This document shows positions 17,946 to 27,714 of a stretch of DNA of 64,000 nucleotides, one piece after another; position 1 is the first letter of the stretch, and each line of letters opens with the position of its first letter. This stretch comes from Eubacteriales bacterium (GTDB taxonomy: Bacteria > Bacillota > Clostridia > Oscillospirales > CAG-272), in contig JAZMZG010000017.1 of assembly GCA_045585835.1 (NCBI GenBank), positions 152,315 to 216,314 of the forward strand. Direction: 5' to 3'. Below the pieces are notes generated by a model that did not search any database, had not been told where the DNA came from, and was given only the letters and a program-made list of their open reading frames with translations. A program made the translations under genes and the position numbers.

Positions 17946-18445
17946 TGATAGTTTTGGGAATAGACCCCGGCTATGCAATAATGGGATACGGCATAGTCGA
18001 GAGAAACGAAAACGGTGTTTTGCGTGCTATTGACTACGGCGTGCTCACGACGAATGCGGGAGAAAAGCTCCAGCTTCGTCTTTGGAAGCTATACTGCGGA
18101 CTTAAGGAACTTACAGCAAAGTACAAGCCTGACGAAATAGCCGTTGAGGAGCTTTTTTACCACACAAACCAAAAGACCGTAATTCCCGTAGCGGAAGCAA
18201 GAGGACTCGTTTTACTCGTTGCGCAAGAGCTTGGCATAGAGGCGGCGGAATACACGCCCTTGCAGGTCAAAATGGGCGTTATCGGCTACGGCAGAGCCGA
18301 AAAAAATCAGATGATCGCCATGACGACAGCGCTTCTCGGTCTGCAAAAGCCCCCTAAACCCGACGATGCCGCAGACGCTCTCGCTATTGCTATATGCCAC
18401 TGTAACACGGTCGGCTCCGCCCTTCGCGGATATTTTAACAAATAA
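17945..18445 (+). CDS. ruvC: Holliday junction resolvase RuvC
   Basis: MIVLGIDPGYAIMGYG start is typical of RuvC. Also VEELF and DAADALAIAICH. The 60-nt N-terminal extension in the ORF track has no homology logic. Confidence 0.9.
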   Translation: MIVLGIDPGYAIMGYGIVERNENGVLRAIDYGVLTTNAGEKLQLRLWKLYCGLKELTAKYKPDEIAVEELFYHTNQKTVIPVAEARGLVLLVAQELGIEAAEYTPLQVKMGVIGYGRAEKNQMIAMTTALLGLQKPPKPDDAADALAIAICHCNTVGSALRGYFNK

Positions 18446-18457
18446 AGAGGTTTTGAT

Positions 18458-19072
18458 ATGTTTTACTACATAAAAGGAGCGCTTGCGTTCCTTGCGCCCA
18501 CGGTATGCGCCGTTGATGCGGGAGGCGTTGCGTACAAGCTTTCAATAAGCGGCACGACTTATAATGCTCTGTCCGTGAAATCTGGCGGCGACGAGGTCAA
18601 GCTCTATACGCATCTTGCTGTAAGAGAAGACGCTATGGAGCTTTACGGATTCGCAAGCGAATGTGAACTTGATACGTTTGAGATGTTAATTACTGTATCG
18701 GGTGTAGGGCCTAAAGCCGCACTTTCCATACTGTCAGCTTTATCAAGCGAAGCTCTTTCTATCGCAATATCAAGCGGCGATTGGCACTCTATCGCAAGAG
18801 CTAACGGCGTTGGCCCAAAAACCGCACAAAGAGTTGTCTTGGAGCTTAAGGATAAGGTGATAAAGCAATTCGAAAGCGGCAGTATAAACTCCGTATTGCC
18901 CGCAAACAGTTCCTCATCAAGTGCAAGCGTTATAAGCGAAGCGATAAACGCGCTTTGCGTTTTGGGGTATACCCGTCAAATCGCATCATCTGCCGTAACA
19001 AAGGCCGCAGAGCCGGGACTTTCGGTTGAAGATACCATAACGAAAGCACTAAAGCTTCTTTCCAAACAATAG
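18458..19072 (+). CDS. ruvA: Holliday junction branch migration complex subunit RuvA
   Basis: MFYYIKG..., two HhH motifs (VSGVGPKAAL and ANGVGPKTAQRV) and a C-terminal domain III. Confidence 0.9.
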   Translation: MFYYIKGALAFLAPTVCAVDAGGVAYKLSISGTTYNALSVKSGGDEVKLYTHLAVREDAMELYGFASECELDTFEMLITVSGVGPKAALSILSALSSEALSIAISSGDWHSIARANGVGPKTAQRVVLELKDKVIKQFESGSINSVLPANSSSSSASVISEAINALCVLGYTRQIASSAVTKAAEPGLSVEDTITKALKLLSKQ

Positions 19073-19089
19073 TTTAAGGAGATAACACA

Positions 19090-20403
19090 TTGAAGAAAAC
19101 GTTTAAAGGCGGAATCATAATCGACGAGCACAAAAATACGTCGAATATCCCCATAGACAAGGATTTTTCACCGTCGGAGGTAATTATACCGATGTCACAG
19201 CATATCGGTGCGCCTTGCGAGTGCATAGTCAAAAAGGGCGATACGGTGAAAAGAGGACAAGTCATCGGCGTAGCCGCAGAAGGTCTTTCCTGCCCCGTCC
19301 ACGCAAGCGTTTCGGGCACGGTAAAGGATATATGCGACATTATTGCAACAAACGGCAAAAAGACCGTAAACGTAGTAATTGAAAACGACGGTCTTAATAC
19401 GCCGAGTGAAGACATCTCCCCCAAAGACTACAAGTCAATGTCCGCAGAACAGATCGTAGAAGCAATAAGGCTTGCGGGTATTTCGGGACTTGGAGGAGCG
19501 ACCTTTCCCACATATGCAAAAATGCTTTCGGCTATGGGAAAGGTAGATACTCTCATCATCAACTGCTCGGAGTGCGAGCCTTATATAACAGCAAATCACA
19601 GGCTTTTGCTTGAAGAACCCGAAAAGCTTATAGAGGGCGCAAGAATACTTCTTTATGCGCTCGGACTTAAAACGGCGATATTCGGTATTTCCGACAATAA
19701 GCTTGATGCGGTGAAACTGATCGGCGAGCTTACAAAGGGCGATGACGCCTTTAGAGTAGAAGTTTTGAAGACCAAGTATCCGCAAGGCGACGAAAGACAG
19801 CTTATCTACGCCCTTACAAAAAGGCAGGTTCCCGTTGGAAAGCTTCCCGCTGACGTAGGCTGTGTCGTTTTCAATACCGAAACGGTCGTGGCGGTGGAAA
19901 ACGCCATAATAAAAGGCGAACCGCTTATTGAAAAAATAGTCACCGTCGACGGTGACTGCATAGAGACTCCCCGCTCGGTAAAGGCACCCATCGGAACGAA
20001 ATACAAAGATTTGCTTGAATACTGCAAATGCACCGTAGAAATCCCCGGACAGATCATATCGGGCGGAACTATGATGGGCTTTACCGCTTGGAGCATTGAT
20101 ACGTCCGTAACGAAGGGCTGCTCTTGCATACTCGCATTTGAAAAGGAAAGTATAAAGCTTTCGCCCGAGGGCGCTTGTATACGTTGCGGAAGGTGCGTTG
20201 CGGCTTGTCCTATGCATCTTATGCCCTCGTATATTGCTCAATACGCAAGAAAAGATATGCTTGACGAAGTCGAAAAACTCGGCGGCAAAGCGTGTGTCGA
20301 ATGCGGCTCATGCAGCTTTGTATGCCCCGCAAAGATACATCTTTCACAGTACGTAAGGACTGCTAAAGCAAAGATAATAGCTAAAACAAGGAGGACAAAA
20401 TGA
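19090..20403 (+). CDS. rnfC: Rnf electron transport complex subunit C
   Basis: TTG start 8 nt after AAGGAG. SLBB/NuoF-like GLGGATFPT, and two 4Fe-4S motifs (CIRCGRCVAACP and CVECGSCSFVCP). Confidence 0.9.
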   Translation: MKKTFKGGIIIDEHKNTSNIPIDKDFSPSEVIIPMSQHIGAPCECIVKKGDTVKRGQVIGVAAEGLSCPVHASVSGTVKDICDIIATNGKKTVNVVIENDGLNTPSEDISPKDYKSMSAEQIVEAIRLAGISGLGGATFPTYAKMLSAMGKVDTLIINCSECEPYITANHRLLLEEPEKLIEGARILLYALGLKTAIFGISDNKLDAVKLIGELTKGDDAFRVEVLKTKYPQGDERQLIYALTKRQVPVGKLPADVGCVVFNTETVVAVENAIIKGEPLIEKIVTVDGDCIETPRSVKAPIGTKYKDLLEYCKCTVEIPGQIISGGTMMGFTAWSIDTSVTKGCSCILAFEKESIKLSPEGACIRCGRCVAACPMHLMPSYIAQYARKDMLDEVEKLGGKACVECGSCSFVCPAKIHLSQYVRTAKAKIIAKTRRTK

Positions 20404-21389
20404 CGCTTTTAAAAATGTCCCCTGCCCCTCACGAACGCTCCGAAGCGACTACGGCTCTTATGATGGGCAAGGTGCTTATTGCTCTTGTACCCGCACTGAT
20501 TTGGGCTTGCCTGATATTCGGGCTTCGCAGTCTTTCGCTTACTCTCGTTTCGGTTGCCTCTTGCGTTGCGTTTGAATACATATTCGCACTTATAACAAAA
20601 AGATCACAAACTGTATACGACCTGTCCGCTATAGTTACGGGTGTGCTCATAGCATTCAATATGCCCGTATCGGCACCTTTATGGCTTCCCGTGTTCGGAG
20701 CATTTTTTGCCATTATCGTCGTAAAGTGCTTATTCGGCGGTATCGGTAAAAATATAGTGAACCCCGCACTTGCGGCAAGAGTGTTTATGACGCTCTCATG
20801 GACGGAGGAAATGACCGCTTTTACGAAGGCGGGCGGTATTCTCTCTCCCGTTTCGGTAAATGCCGATTCCTCGGCGGTAGAGCTTATTGCAAGTGCAACG
20901 CCGCTTGCAGAGCTTAAAGTGGGAACTCTCAGCTCAAATTGGAGCATTTTGGATATGCTTTTAGGCAATATACCGGGGTGTCTTGGAGAAGTGAGCGCTT
21001 TGCTTCTTCTTGCGGGAGGAATATATCTTGTTTTGTCGAGGGTCATCACTTGGCACATTCCCGTTATATATATCGGTACGGTAGCGCTTATCACGTTCAT
21101 TCTTCCGCACGGCGCGGATACGTTTTGCGTAAATTATATGCTCTCCGAGCTTTTATCGGGCGGTCTTATTTTAGGCGCTGTATTTATGGCGACGGATTAC
21201 GTGACAAGCCCCATAACGAAGCGGGGAAAGGTCATATATGCCGTAGGATGCGGACTTTTGACGGTCTTTATCCGTTATTTCGGTGCATACAGCGAGGGCG
21301 TTTCCTACTCTATCCTCATTATGAACCTGTTTGTTTGGTATATTGACAGGCTCACAAAGCCCAAAGTTTTCGGAGGTGCGCACGTATGA
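20400..21389 (+). CDS. rnfD: Rnf complex subunit D
   Basis: NqrB/RnfD-type polytopic protein. FMN-attachment region FMATDYVTSP. ATGA overlap with rnfC. Confidence 0.9.
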   Translation: MTLLKMSPAPHERSEATTALMMGKVLIALVPALIWACLIFGLRSLSLTLVSVASCVAFEYIFALITKRSQTVYDLSAIVTGVLIAFNMPVSAPLWLPVFGAFFAIIVVKCLFGGIGKNIVNPALAARVFMTLSWTEEMTAFTKAGGILSPVSVNADSSAVELIASATPLAELKVGTLSSNWSILDMLLGNIPGCLGEVSALLLLAGGIYLVLSRVITWHIPVIYIGTVALITFILPHGADTFCVNYMLSELLSGGLILGAVFMATDYVTSPITKRGKVIYAVGCGLLTVFIRYFGAYSEGVSYSILIMNLFVWYIDRLTKPKVFGGAHV

Positions 21390-22138
21390 AGAAAAAAGAA
21401 GAAATAATCGCAGAAAACACAAGCGTGCCCGAAACAAAACAAAACGAAACGGTCGCAACAAACGAGCCATTGACACTTGACGTTGCAAAGAGCAAAGATA
21501 CGGGATTCGTAATTTTTGAAAAGGCAAAAAAAGAGCTTTCGGAAAATGAAGAAGCCGTAAGCGGTAAAAACGTCAAGATATTTACATTTGACACTATCCG
21601 CACGGCTATAATCTTGCTTCTTGTAACGGGTTTTACCGTTCTTTTACTTGCTTTTATAAATTATTTTACTGCCGCACCTATCGCCGCCGCCAAAAAAGCC
21701 GAGCTTGATAATGCGGTTGAGGCTATGTTTCCCGAATCTGAATATACACAAATTCCCGACGTTGAATTTTCGAAGGAAATTGACACGGTGTATCTAATCC
21801 ATAAAGGCGACGAGCCCTGCGGTTTCCTCGTTATCGCAAAACCCACGGGATTTGGCGGTGAGATGGAGATCATGGTGGGCACCGACCTTGAAGGTGTGGT
21901 CAGCGGTGTTAAGATAATTTCGGACTCGGAAACCGCCACAAAGGTAGCGCCTCTTAAAGCCGAAGGCTTCCTTGACAATCAGTACGTTTCCAAAAAAGCG
22001 CCTTTTAGCTTTACAAAGGACGGCGGTACGGTTGAGATTGTCGCCGGCTCTACAGTAAGCAGTGATGCGGTGATTTTCGGTGTAAACAGCGCCTGCGAAG
22101 CCGTAGATACATATCTTGACTCTTTAAGAAAGGAGTAG
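21386..22138 (+). CDS. rnfG: Rnf complex subunit G (FMN-binding), with ~70-aa N-terminal extension
   Basis: TM helix followed by an FMN_bind domain with GSTVSSDAV. ATGA overlap with rnfD. Confidence 0.85.
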   Translation: MKKKEEIIAENTSVPETKQNETVATNEPLTLDVAKSKDTGFVIFEKAKKELSENEEAVSGKNVKIFTFDTIRTAIILLLVTGFTVLLLAFINYFTAAPIAAAKKAELDNAVEAMFPESEYTQIPDVEFSKEIDTVYLIHKGDEPCGFLVIAKPTGFGGEMEIMVGTDLEGVVSGVKIISDSETATKVAPLKAEGFLDNQYVSKKAPFSFTKDGGTVEIVAGSTVSSDAVIFGVNSACEAVDTYLDSLRKE

Positions 22139-22142
22139 GAAA

Positions 22143-22739
22143 GTGAAAAACTTGATCGCACAATTTAAGGAAGGCATTATAACGAACAATCCCGTTTTGA
22201 TACAGCTTTTAGGCGCTTGTTCTGCGCTTGCGATAACGACTAACTTGAAGGATTCCTTCGGTATGGGCGTTGCGGTCACGGCGGTGCTCGTTTGCTCTAA
22301 CATGTTCATTTCCCTGCTTCGCAAGATAATCCCCTCTCAAATAAGAATAGCGGCTTACATAGTCGTGATATCGGGCTTTGTAACGGCAGTACAGCTTCTT
22401 ATAAAGGCGTACCTCCCCTCTCTTGATAAGTCGCTCGGAATATTCATTCCGCTTATCGTCGTAAACTGTATAATATTTGCAAGAGCCGAAGCCTTTGCAT
22501 CAAAAAACGGCGTAATTTCCTCTGCCGCAGACGGTATTGCGATGGGCTTTGGCTATACCCTAGCAGTAAGTCTTGTCGGATTTATAAGAGAGCTTTTGGG
22601 CTCAGGCTGTGTGCTTGGGTATAAGATACCCGGTCTTGACGGTATCGGAATGCTCACGGCTTCCGCAGGCGGCTTTCTCGTGTTTGGCTTCTTACTTGCC
22701 GCAGTTCAAGCAATAACGAAAAGAGGTAAGGACAAATGA
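22143..22739 (+). CDS. rnfE: Rnf complex subunit E
   Basis: 198-aa NqrD/RnfE-type protein (NNPVLIQLLGACSALA...). Confidence 0.9.
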   Translation: MKNLIAQFKEGIITNNPVLIQLLGACSALAITTNLKDSFGMGVAVTAVLVCSNMFISLLRKIIPSQIRIAAYIVVISGFVTAVQLLIKAYLPSLDKSLGIFIPLIVVNCIIFARAEAFASKNGVISSAADGIAMGFGYTLAVSLVGFIRELLGSGCVLGYKIPGLDGIGMLTASAGGFLVFGFLLAAVQAITKRGKDK

Positions 22740-23323
22740 ATGAAACGACCTCTATTGTGGTAATTGCGATTACCGCCGTACTTATACAAAACTTCATATT
22801 CTCTCGCTTTTTGGGGATATGTCCGTTTTTAGGCGTATCGAATAATCCCAAAAACGCTTTCGGTATGGGAATGGCAGTCACGTTTTGCATAACCGTTGCT
22901 TCCATCGCAACCTATGCTCTCAATACGTATGTGCTCGTTCCGTATAAGCTTGAATATCTCCAAACGATAGGCTTTATTTTGATAATTGCCTCTCTTGTGC
23001 AGCTTATCGAAATGTTCCTTCGAAGATTCGTTCCCGCATTATATAATGCGCTCGGCATATATCTTCCGCTTATTACGACAAACTGTGCCGTACTCGGTGC
23101 TTGCCTTTTAAATATACAGTACGGATTCGGCTTTGTTCAATCGGTGGCATTCGGCTTTTTCTCCTCTATCGGATTTACCCTCGCATTATTGGTAATGGCG
23201 GGCGTAAGAGAAAGGCTCGTTTTGGCAGATCCCCCGAAGGCCTTTGAGGGGATGCCCATCGTGCTCGTGACCGCCGCTCTTATTGCGATGGCGTTTTCGG
23301 GCTTCCAAGGCTTAAAGATTTAA
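22736..23323 (+). CDS. rnfA: Rnf complex subunit A
   Basis: 195-aa NqrE/RnfA-type protein (FLGICPFLGVS...). ATGA overlap with rnfE. Confidence 0.9.
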   Translation: MNETTSIVVIAITAVLIQNFIFSRFLGICPFLGVSNNPKNAFGMGMAVTFCITVASIATYALNTYVLVPYKLEYLQTIGFILIIASLVQLIEMFLRRFVPALYNALGIYLPLITTNCAVLGACLLNIQYGFGFVQSVAFGFFSSIGFTLALLVMAGVRERLVLADPPKAFEGMPIVLVTAALIAMAFSGFQGLKI

Positions 23324-23352
23324 TCTAAAACACTAATAACAAAGGAAAAACT

Positions 23353-24210
23353 ATGAACGAAATTTTTATTGCCTGCTTATGCTTCATAGCTTTAGGAGGT
23401 GCACTCGGACTCTTGCTCTCGCTTGCATCAAAAGTTTTTCACGTAAGGCAAGACGAGCGTATCGACAAAATAACTGACGTCCTTCCGTCAGCTAACTGCG
23501 GCGGATGCGGATATCCCGGCTGCGCCAACTACGCAAAGGCTATCGTCGAGGGCGGCGAAAAATGTAATCTATGCGTTGCCGGCGGTGAAGCAGTCACAAA
23601 GAAGGTCTCGGATATAATGGGGCTTAATGCGGAGCCGACCGTCAGATTTCGTGCGCAGGTCATGTGCAGCGGTACGAATACACTTGCTAAGAAAAAATAT
23701 ATGCTTGAAGGCATAGACGACTGCTTTTCCGCATCAAGACTTGCGGGCGGAGATAAAATGTGCCCAAACGGCTGTATAGGTCTTGGCACTTGTGTTAAGG
23801 TCTGTCCATTCGGTGCAATTCAAGTACACGACGGCGTTGCCGCCGTTGATTACAATAAGTGTAAGGCTTGCGGTGCATGCGTTGCTGCTTGCCCCAAGAG
23901 CATTATTAAGCTTATTCCCTTTGATGCGAAATATTGGGTCGGCTGTATGTCCGTTGAAAAAGGCGCAAGAACACGCAGCTATTGCGAGGTCGGCTGCATA
24001 AGCTGCCGTCTATGTGAAAAAAACTGTCCGACAGGTGCCATTACCGTAGAAAATTTCGTAGCGCATATAGATTATGACAAATGTACACAATGCGGTAAGT
24101 GCGAAAGCGTTTGCCCGAGAAAAATTATTTGGTCAAACAAGGCTCAAGATGAAGGGCTTTTTATAAAGGAAACAAATGAAAAAGAAAAACAGGAAGAATC
24201 AAATAACTAA
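23353..24210 (+). CDS. rnfB: Rnf complex subunit B
   Basis: N-terminal TM, CGGCGYPGCANYA Fe-S domain, then several CxxCxxCxxxCP ferredoxin motifs. Confidence 0.9.
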   Translation: MNEIFIACLCFIALGGALGLLLSLASKVFHVRQDERIDKITDVLPSANCGGCGYPGCANYAKAIVEGGEKCNLCVAGGEAVTKKVSDIMGLNAEPTVRFRAQVMCSGTNTLAKKKYMLEGIDDCFSASRLAGGDKMCPNGCIGLGTCVKVCPFGAIQVHDGVAAVDYNKCKACGACVAACPKSIIKLIPFDAKYWVGCMSVEKGARTRSYCEVGCISCRLCEKNCPTGAITVENFVAHIDYDKCTQCGKCESVCPRKIIWSNKAQDEGLFIKETNEKEKQEESNN

Positions 24211-24571
24211 ACAAAATAACCGCCCAAAGCTCGAAAAAGGCTCTCGCAAGGCGTGGATTTTACTTGCTCTTATACTTTGGAGCTCGCTTTGCGTTGCGTT
24301 TTATTACCTTTCGATAAAGGAAAATCTTTTGTGGGTCATACATCTGTACGTATGGATATCACTCCCCTGCCTTTGCGGTGCGGTATTTATAAACGCTTAC
24401 TGTAACGCAAAATACACGTCCCCCGACGAAAAAGAAAGCTTAAAAAAGCCCGACGAGCGTTTTATAAAAAAGATGCGCAACATCATAAAGGCACTTATCC
24501 TTATCGGATTTCCGCCGCTTGCTTGCGTTTTGATCGAATATATAGCCGCACGGCTTTTGGAAAAGTTTTAA
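24176..24571 (+). CDS. Small basic three-TM membrane protein, unknown function
   Basis: ATG 24176 follows AAGGAAA and overlaps the last 35 nt of rnfB. Basic N-terminus (KKKNRKNQITKQNNRPK) and 3 hydrophobic helices. Confidence 0.45.
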   Translation: MKKKNRKNQITKQNNRPKLEKGSRKAWILLALILWSSLCVAFYYLSIKENLLWVIHLYVWISLPCLCGAVFINAYCNAKYTSPDEKESLKKPDERFIKKMRNIIKALILIGFPPLACVLIEYIAARLLEKF

Positions 24572-24592
24572 TATAATATTAAGGAGATTTTT

Positions 24593-26032
24593 ATGACTAT
24601 CAGAACACGTTTTGCTCCCAGCCCCACAGGCTTTATGCATATAGGAAACTTGCGCACGGCGCTTTATACTTATCTTATTGCAAAGTCGAAATCTCTCGGC
24701 GGAGGCGGAAAGTTCGTTCTTCGCATTGAAGATACGGACAGAGAAAGATACGTTGAAGGAGCTACGGAGAAAATATATTCCGCTTTAAAGGACGTCGGAC
24801 TTAATTGGGACGAAGGCCCCGACATTGGAGGTCCCTACGGTCCGTATATACAAAGCGAGCGTATGGGAATGTATATGGAATACGCAAAGAAGCTCGTTGA
24901 GCTTGGCGTTGCGTATTACTGCTTCTGCGAAAAGGACGAGAGCGAGGAGGCGGGAGAGGGCTTTAAGAAATATGACGGCAGATGCTCTCTTCTTCCCAAA
25001 GAGACGGTCGAAAAATATCTTGCCGAGGGCAGAAGCTTCGTTATACGTCAGAAGATGCCCCGTGAGGAAGGCTCAACGGGATTCCACGACGAGATATTCG
25101 GTGACGTTTCCGTCCCCAACGACGAGCTTGAGGATCAGATACTTATAAAGAGTGACGGTATGCCAACCTATAACTTTGCAAACGTTATCGACGACCACTC
25201 GATGAACGTGACGCACGTGGTAAGAGGTATCGAATATCTCTCCTCAACACCAAAATACAATCTGCTTTACAAGGCATTTGGTTGGGATTGCCCCGTATAT
25301 ATCCACGTATCTCCCGTTATGCGTGACGCACAGCATAAGCTCTCAAAGCGCCACGGCGACCCCACATACGAGGATCTTCTCAATATGGGATTTTTAAAAA
25401 AGGCAATCCTCAACTATGTTGCGCTTCTCGGCTGGAGCCCCGGCGGTGACAGAGAGAAATATTCGCTTGAAGAGCTTTGCGAGGTATTCTCGCTTTCCGG
25501 TATCTCAAAATCTCCCGCAATATTCGATATACAAAAGCTTTCGTGGCTCAACGGTGAATATATCAAGGCTATGAGCGACGAGGAATTTTGCGAAATCGCA
25601 AAGCCCTATATTGACAAAGTTACGGACGGAAAGCTTGACTCGTCAAAGATATCGCTTCTGCTTAAAACGAGAGTGCAAACGCTTTGCGAAATCCCCGATA
25701 TGATAGATTTCTTTGCAAAAATGCCCGATTTTGACAAGGAGCTTTATTTCAACAAAAAGATGAAAACAGATGCGGAAAGCTCACTTCCCGTTTTGGAAAA
25801 ACTCCTCCCCTTGCTCGAAGAATGCGACTTTACGCACGATGCTTTGCAAGAGCTTCAGGTTTCGTTTGCAGAGAAAAACGAGATGAAAAACGGTAAGATC
25901 ATGTTCCCGCTTCGCATTGCAATAAGCGGTAAAGCTATGACCCCCGGCGGCTCTACGGAGATAGCAGAGATACTCGGTAAGGAAGAAACACTTGCAAGAC
26001 TTAAAGCGTCTATTGAAAAATTAAAAAACTGA
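24593..26032 (+). CDS. gltX: Glutamate--tRNA ligase
   Basis: RFAPSPTGFMHIGNLRTAL (HIGH motif), KLSKRHG (KMSKS motif), 479 aa. Confidence 0.95.
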   Translation: MTIRTRFAPSPTGFMHIGNLRTALYTYLIAKSKSLGGGGKFVLRIEDTDRERYVEGATEKIYSALKDVGLNWDEGPDIGGPYGPYIQSERMGMYMEYAKKLVELGVAYYCFCEKDESEEAGEGFKKYDGRCSLLPKETVEKYLAEGRSFVIRQKMPREEGSTGFHDEIFGDVSVPNDELEDQILIKSDGMPTYNFANVIDDHSMNVTHVVRGIEYLSSTPKYNLLYKAFGWDCPVYIHVSPVMRDAQHKLSKRHGDPTYEDLLNMGFLKKAILNYVALLGWSPGGDREKYSLEELCEVFSLSGISKSPAIFDIQKLSWLNGEYIKAMSDEEFCEIAKPYIDKVTDGKLDSSKISLLLKTRVQTLCEIPDMIDFFAKMPDFDKELYFNKKMKTDAESSLPVLEKLLPLLEECDFTHDALQELQVSFAEKNEMKNGKIMFPLRIAISGKAMTPGGSTEIAEILGKEETLARLKASIEKLKN

Positions 26033-26038
26033 TTTTAT

Positions 26039-26064
26039 ACGCCCCGAGCTTTCGGGGCGTTTTC
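26039..26064 (+). terminator. gltX terminator
   Basis: ACGCCCCGA-gctt-TCGGGGCGT followed by TTT. Confidence 0.8.
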
Positions 26065-26071
26065 AGTTATA

Positions 26072-26101
26072 GAAAAAGACCACCGTTTTTTCGGTGGTCT
26101 T
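26072..26101 (-). terminator. Terminator of the htrA-like gene
   Basis: Minus strand AAGACCACCG-aaaaaa-CGGTGGTCTT followed by TTTT. Confidence 0.8.
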
Positions 26102-26106
26102 CATTT

Positions 26107-27696
26107 TTATTTTGTTGAAATGTTGCTTCCCATTTTAAAGGTTATATCCAAATATTCGCCGTTTCTGTATACCTTTATCGTAGCTTCCTCTCTGGGCTTC
26201 ACCTTATCTCTTTGCTCGCGAAGCTCTGCAAGATTCGTTATCTTCTCGCCGTTCATTTCTACGATGATATCGCCCACTCTTGCGCCGTTTTTCTCCAAAG
26301 AACAGCCTTGCTCGAGAAGGAGTATCTGCACGCCTACGGGTACACCGTAGATAGAGGACATATATTTGGTTATCTCTTGACTGTTGGCAATTCCCATTTG
26401 CGGAGTTTCGTCAACCGATACGTAACCGTTTTCGGGGTCGAAATCAATATTGCCGTTGTTTTCGATTATAGCTTCAACAACGTTCTTTGCGTATATACTC
26501 GGTATTGCAAATCCGATTCCCTCAAATTCATCAGTAAGCTTCAAGGTATTGATGCCAATTACCTGACCGTGCATATTGAGAAGCGGGCCTCCGGAGTTAC
26601 CGGGGTTGATTGTCGCATCCGTCTGCAAAAGGCGCATGGTTTTCTTTACGCCGTTTTCCTCAAGTATAACCTCTCTGTCAACCGCAGAAATAATACCGTG
26701 TGTGAAGGTTCCCGCAAGTGAGATGTCAGCAGGTGTTCCGATGGCTGTTACTATATCTCCCACCTTCAGAACCGAGCTGTCGCCGAATTCCATAACAGGC
26801 AATTTTTCTTCGCTTTCTACCTTTAAGACAGCAATATCCGAAAACGAATCGCTGCCTATAAGCGTTGCCGTAAGCTCTTTTCCGTCGGCAAGATATACCG
26901 TTATCGTGTCCATTTCCTCTACGACGTGAGCGTTCGTCACGACGTATCCGTCTTCTCCGATTATAAATCCGCTTCCGACGTATTTATCTTCGTACATAGT
27001 GGTCTGCCCGAACATACTCGTATAAGACATATTCTTCGTGCAAAGTATGCCTACTGCGGCGGGAGAGCACTTTTCGTAAACGGCACCGTAGTTAAGCTCT
27101 TTTTTGCCGTCGGTGTCTTCAATCTCGATATCTATATCAAGGTCGCCCTCGCCTGTCACGGGAGTATCCTCTCCGTCTTGCGTTGTATCATTCAAAATTT
27201 CGTCGCCGGGCGTGTTCTCATTTTCAGTTTGTTCCTTACCGCTGTCCTCGGAGGGCTCGGAAAGTTTCCAATCGTTTGCCCATATCATACAAAACATCGC
27301 AGTCATAAGTAAAACGCAAGCTATGCATACTATCGAAAGAGCTACGATGGCTGTATTTTTTTTCGACTTTTTGGGTGTGCCTTTATTTACACTTGACGCA
27401 TTATAGTAAGGCGGTACGTAGGTTTGCGAGTTGAAATCGGGAGCTTTTGGCTCGTTTGAGGGCTCGGGTTCATTTACGGACTCGGGTTCATTCACGGGCT
27501 CGGGTTCATTTACGGCCTCGGGCTGCTTAAAGCTTTCCTGCTCTTTTGACTCTTGTTTTTTCTCATATACGGGTGGTATATAATCTCCGATCTCAACGGG
27601 TGCGTCCCACGGTTTTTGTTCTGCCGAGGGATTTTCTTTTTCAGCCTCCCACGGCTTCTTGTCTTCGTTTTGATTATTGTTAAAATTGTTATCCAT
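26107..27696 (-). CDS. Membrane-anchored HtrA/DegP-family serine protease with PDZ domain
   Basis: Low-complexity N-terminus, one TM helix, and a trypsin-like core (VTNAHVV, DIAVLKV, GNSGGPL triad context). C-terminal PDZ-like region. Confidence 0.85.
   Translation of the reverse strand: MDNNFNNNQNEDKKPWEAEKENPSAEQKPWDAPVEIGDYIPPVYEKKQESKEQESFKQPEAVNEPEPVNEPESVNEPEPSNEPKAPDFNSQTYVPPYYNASSVNKGTPKKSKKNTAIVALSIVCIACVLLMTAMFCMIWANDWKLSEPSEDSGKEQTENENTPGDEILNDTTQDGEDTPVTGEGDLDIDIEIEDTDGKKELNYGAVYEKCSPAAVGILCTKNMSYTSMFGQTTMYEDKYVGSGFIIGEDGYVVTNAHVVEEMDTITVYLADGKELTATLIGSDSFSDIAVLKVESEEKLPVMEFGDSSVLKVGDIVTAIGTPADISLAGTFTHGIISAVDREVILEENGVKKTMRLLQTDATINPGNSGGPLLNMHGQVIGINTLKLTDEFEGIGFAIPSIYAKNVVEAIIENNGNIDFDPENGYVSVDETPQMGIANSQEITKYMSSIYGVPVGVQILLLEQGCSLEKNGARVGDIIVEMNGEKITNLAELREQRDKVKPREEATIKVYRNGEYLDITFKMGSNISTK
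27461..27514 (-). repeat. In-frame 18-nt tandem repeat (3 full copies plus partial flanks) encoding an EP(E/V)xNEP linker
   Basis: GGCTCGGGTTCATTTACG, GACTCGGGTTCATTCACG and GGCTCGGGTTCATTTACG lie inside the protease N-terminal region. Confidence 0.8.
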
Positions 27697-27714
27697 TACT
27701 GTTCTCCTATACCG

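Noticed and set aside
19435-21100. 268-aa and 223-aa minus-strand ORFs
   Set aside because: They are antisense to rnfC and rnfD and are shadow frames.
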